In this document: positions 61,739-64,000 of the stretch, piece after piece
Position numbering within the stretch: position 1 is the first letter of the stretch
Layout: each line of letters begins with the position of its first letter
DNA from: Felis catus
Lineage: Eukaryota
Length of the DNA: 64,000 bases
Assembly (NCBI RefSeq): GCF_018350175.1
Contig: NC_058382.1
Coordinates: 8,246,001 to 8,310,000, forward strand
Reading direction: 5' to 3'
Translations under genes and position numbers: made by a program
The notes under the pieces: model-generated
Seen by the model: only the letters and a program-made list of their open reading frames with translations
Database searches by the model: none
What the model was told of the DNA's origin: nothing

Positions 61739-62379
61739 CAGGCTTGGACTCACTGGCCCTTGTGGTGCCTTCGTTGGCCTCGCAGGAGCCCTGGAGCCAC
61801 ACGGGGAGCCCTCCAGCGGGCGCCTGCTGCAGTGCCCCAGTGTGAAGGCGTGGGCTAAAATTACCTTTAAGGTGGCCTGACGTTAAGAGTAAAATCCGAA
61901 CTGAGCCCACACGCCCGGCGTTAAAACGGGGCACGAGCGGCCAGAGGTCAAGGTCCCAGCTGCGACCGTAGGCAGGCGCCGCTTTGACAGGCTAAGTAGA
62001 AATCCCGCCGCATCTTTTTGCGTCCTGCCAAATTCGAAGCCCGCGAGATGTCCAGGAAAGCCTCTCTCCCAAGTAAAGGGTGGTGAGACGCCCAAAGGAA
62101 ACAAAACGCAGTGAGAGCAGCCGGCACCCAGTCAGGAGCCCTCCTCCCTGACCCTCGACTGCTGGAAGGCCAAGAGCAAGAAGAAACCCCCGTCCAAGGA
62201 CGCCGGAGGCGGGGGGCTGCACAGTACCGGGCAGGTGTGGAGAGCCGAGGGTGCAGGGGGGAGGAGGCCGCAGAGGGTGGGGCCTGGTGCACCTGCCGCG
62301 AGTCAGCTTACGGAGGAGCACAGGGGCAGGTCTTAGAGCTCTGTGGGTTTTTTCTCCCCGTTTTTTAAATTTAGTTTTT

Positions 62380-62837
62380 AGGGGCGCCTGGGTGGCTCAG
62401 TCGGTTGCGCATCCGACTTCAGCTCAGGTCACGATCTCATGGTCCGTGAGTTCGAGCCCCGCGTCGGGCTCTGGGCTCATGGCTCAGAGCCTGGAGCCTG
62501 CTTCCAATTCTGTGTCTCCCTCTCTCTCTGCCCCTCCCCCGTTCAAGCTCTGTCTCTCTCCCAAAAATAAATAAACGTTAAAAAAAATTAAAAAAAAATA
62601 AAATAAATTTAGTTTTTAATGTTTATGTTTGAGAGAGAGAGAGAGAGAGAGAGCATGCAGCGGCAGGGTGAGGGGGGCAGGGCAAAGAGAGAGAGACACG
62701 CACACAGAATCAGAAGCAGGCTCCAGGCTCTGAACTGTCAGCACAGAGTCAAACCCAGGGCTCAAACCCATGAACCGGGAGATCATGACCTGAGCCGAAG
62801 TTGCAGGCTTAACCGACTGAGCCACCCAAGCGCCCCT
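62380..62837. mobile_element. Tail-to-tail inverted CanSINE pair
   Basis: Plus copy at about 62381-62605 immediately followed by a minus copy at about 62612-62836. Confidence 0.9.
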
Positions 62838-63696
62838 AGAGCTTTGTTTTCAATGACCATCGACTCATAAAAAGCACCCATGGGCAGTGTGCAAAGTAGA
62901 GCATATAGTCAAGCGAAGATCAACAAGCCTTAACGTTCCCGCCCTGAGGGACACCTAGGTTCTGTCTTCTAGGGCTTTCTCCACGTGTGTACACGAGTTG
63001 GCTCAACCAGCATGACATCTCAGGGCACGTGCTGTTCCGTTCAGCAAACAGTCTCTGCCTTTTCACTTCTGTAAAAAGTTTTCATCGAACGCCCAGACCC
63101 GACTCAAAGGACCAGGAAGTGCCCTTCGGTGCTCTTTGGTGAAGACCCTGTCTGGTGTCTGCAGGGGAAAGTTTTGGTAGGAGGGGGGTGTATCATCCTT
63201 GCACCCTGGGGAGCCCCCCCCCCCAAACCCAGCATTTTTCTCCCCCAGAGCCTTCTAGGACCTCCGTTTGATCCCTAGAGCCCAGAACCTGGAAACTGGC
63301 CCAGGTGCCACTGACATTCAAGGGCAGGCCTTGCCATCTGGGCTTGTCGATCTATGGTCCTCTTGCGTCCAGGCCACAGTCCTGGGGGAGGGACGCTTGC
63401 ACCCATTTCACAGAACAGCCCACTGACCCTGAGAAGATGCTGTTGCCCAAAGTCACACTGCTCAAGGCTGTAGCAGAAGTCAGGTTCACTTAGAAGCCAG
63501 CCCCCTCCAGAGACCTCCCCACCTCCAGCCCTGCCCTTCCTCCCATCCTCTGTACCTTTCTTCCCCCAGGTATCTCCACATTGTCACCCCACGAATCTCC
63601 CCCCCCCCACCCTTAGCGAGCTCCCAGCCAACCCCTTTCTACCTAGAGCATTTCAAGCCACCCCTCGGTCCCTAAACACCCCCAATCTTCAGCCTA

Positions 63697-64000
63697 TTTT
63701 TTTTTTAAGTTTTATTATTTTGAGCAAGAGAGCAGGGGAGGGGCCGAGCGAGAAGGAGAGAGAGGATCCCAAGGAGGTTCCATACTGTTGAACCGCGAGA
63801 TCGTGACCTGACCCCGAGTGGGACACATAACCGACTGGGCCACCCAGGTGCCCCATCAGCCTCTTTTTTTTTTTTTTTTAAGTTTATGTATTCATTTTGA
63901 GAGAGGGGTGGGGAGGGGCAGAGAGAGAGGGAATCCCAAGCAAGCTCTGCACCCGCCATCAGCTCAGAGCCCAACGAGGGACTAGAACTCACGAACTGTG
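63697..64000 (-). mobile_element. Two minus-strand CanSINEs (second truncated by the window end)
   Basis: Poly-T tails and reverse-complement SINE bodies. Confidence 0.85.

Noticed and set aside
60450-61753. Minus-strand ORFs of up to 295 aa over NOSIP
   Set aside because: Antisense shadows of GC-rich exons and short introns.

Overview
This is a mammalian, GC-rich, gene-dense genomic segment. The abundant CanSINE/SINEC_Fc-type SINEs indicate a carnivore, most likely a felid draft assembly with 7 N-gaps. Gene content and order match the human 19q13.33 block. In order it contains: the probable SCAF1 promoter and non-coding exon 1 (minus, divergent); RRAS (plus, 6 coding exons, 218 aa, complete); PRR12 (minus, 11 visible exons, with three expected exons falling in gaps); PRRG2 (minus, 6 coding exons, 201 aa, complete); and NOSIP (plus, 8 coding exons, 301 aa, complete). 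Introns are filled with CanSINEs plus older L1, LTR and DNA-transposon relics. No RNA genes or CRISPR arrays were seen. The most unusual structures not explained by the genes are: (1) an array of spaced, inverted RFX X-box half-site palindromes with 117-bp spacing in PRRG2 intron 4, just upstream of PRR12; (2) a five-fold octamer plus GC-box array upstream of RRAS; (3) a CTCF-like YxF-acidic motif in PRR12, a candidate cohesin-binding site; (4) a PRR12 3' end with no AATAAA but rich in UGUA and C-tracts, plus two Pumilio elements; (5) CCAAT clusters inside PRR12 introns; and (6) PRRG2 terminating on top of the PRR12 promoter. All of these are hypotheses from reading the sequence; no searches were run.
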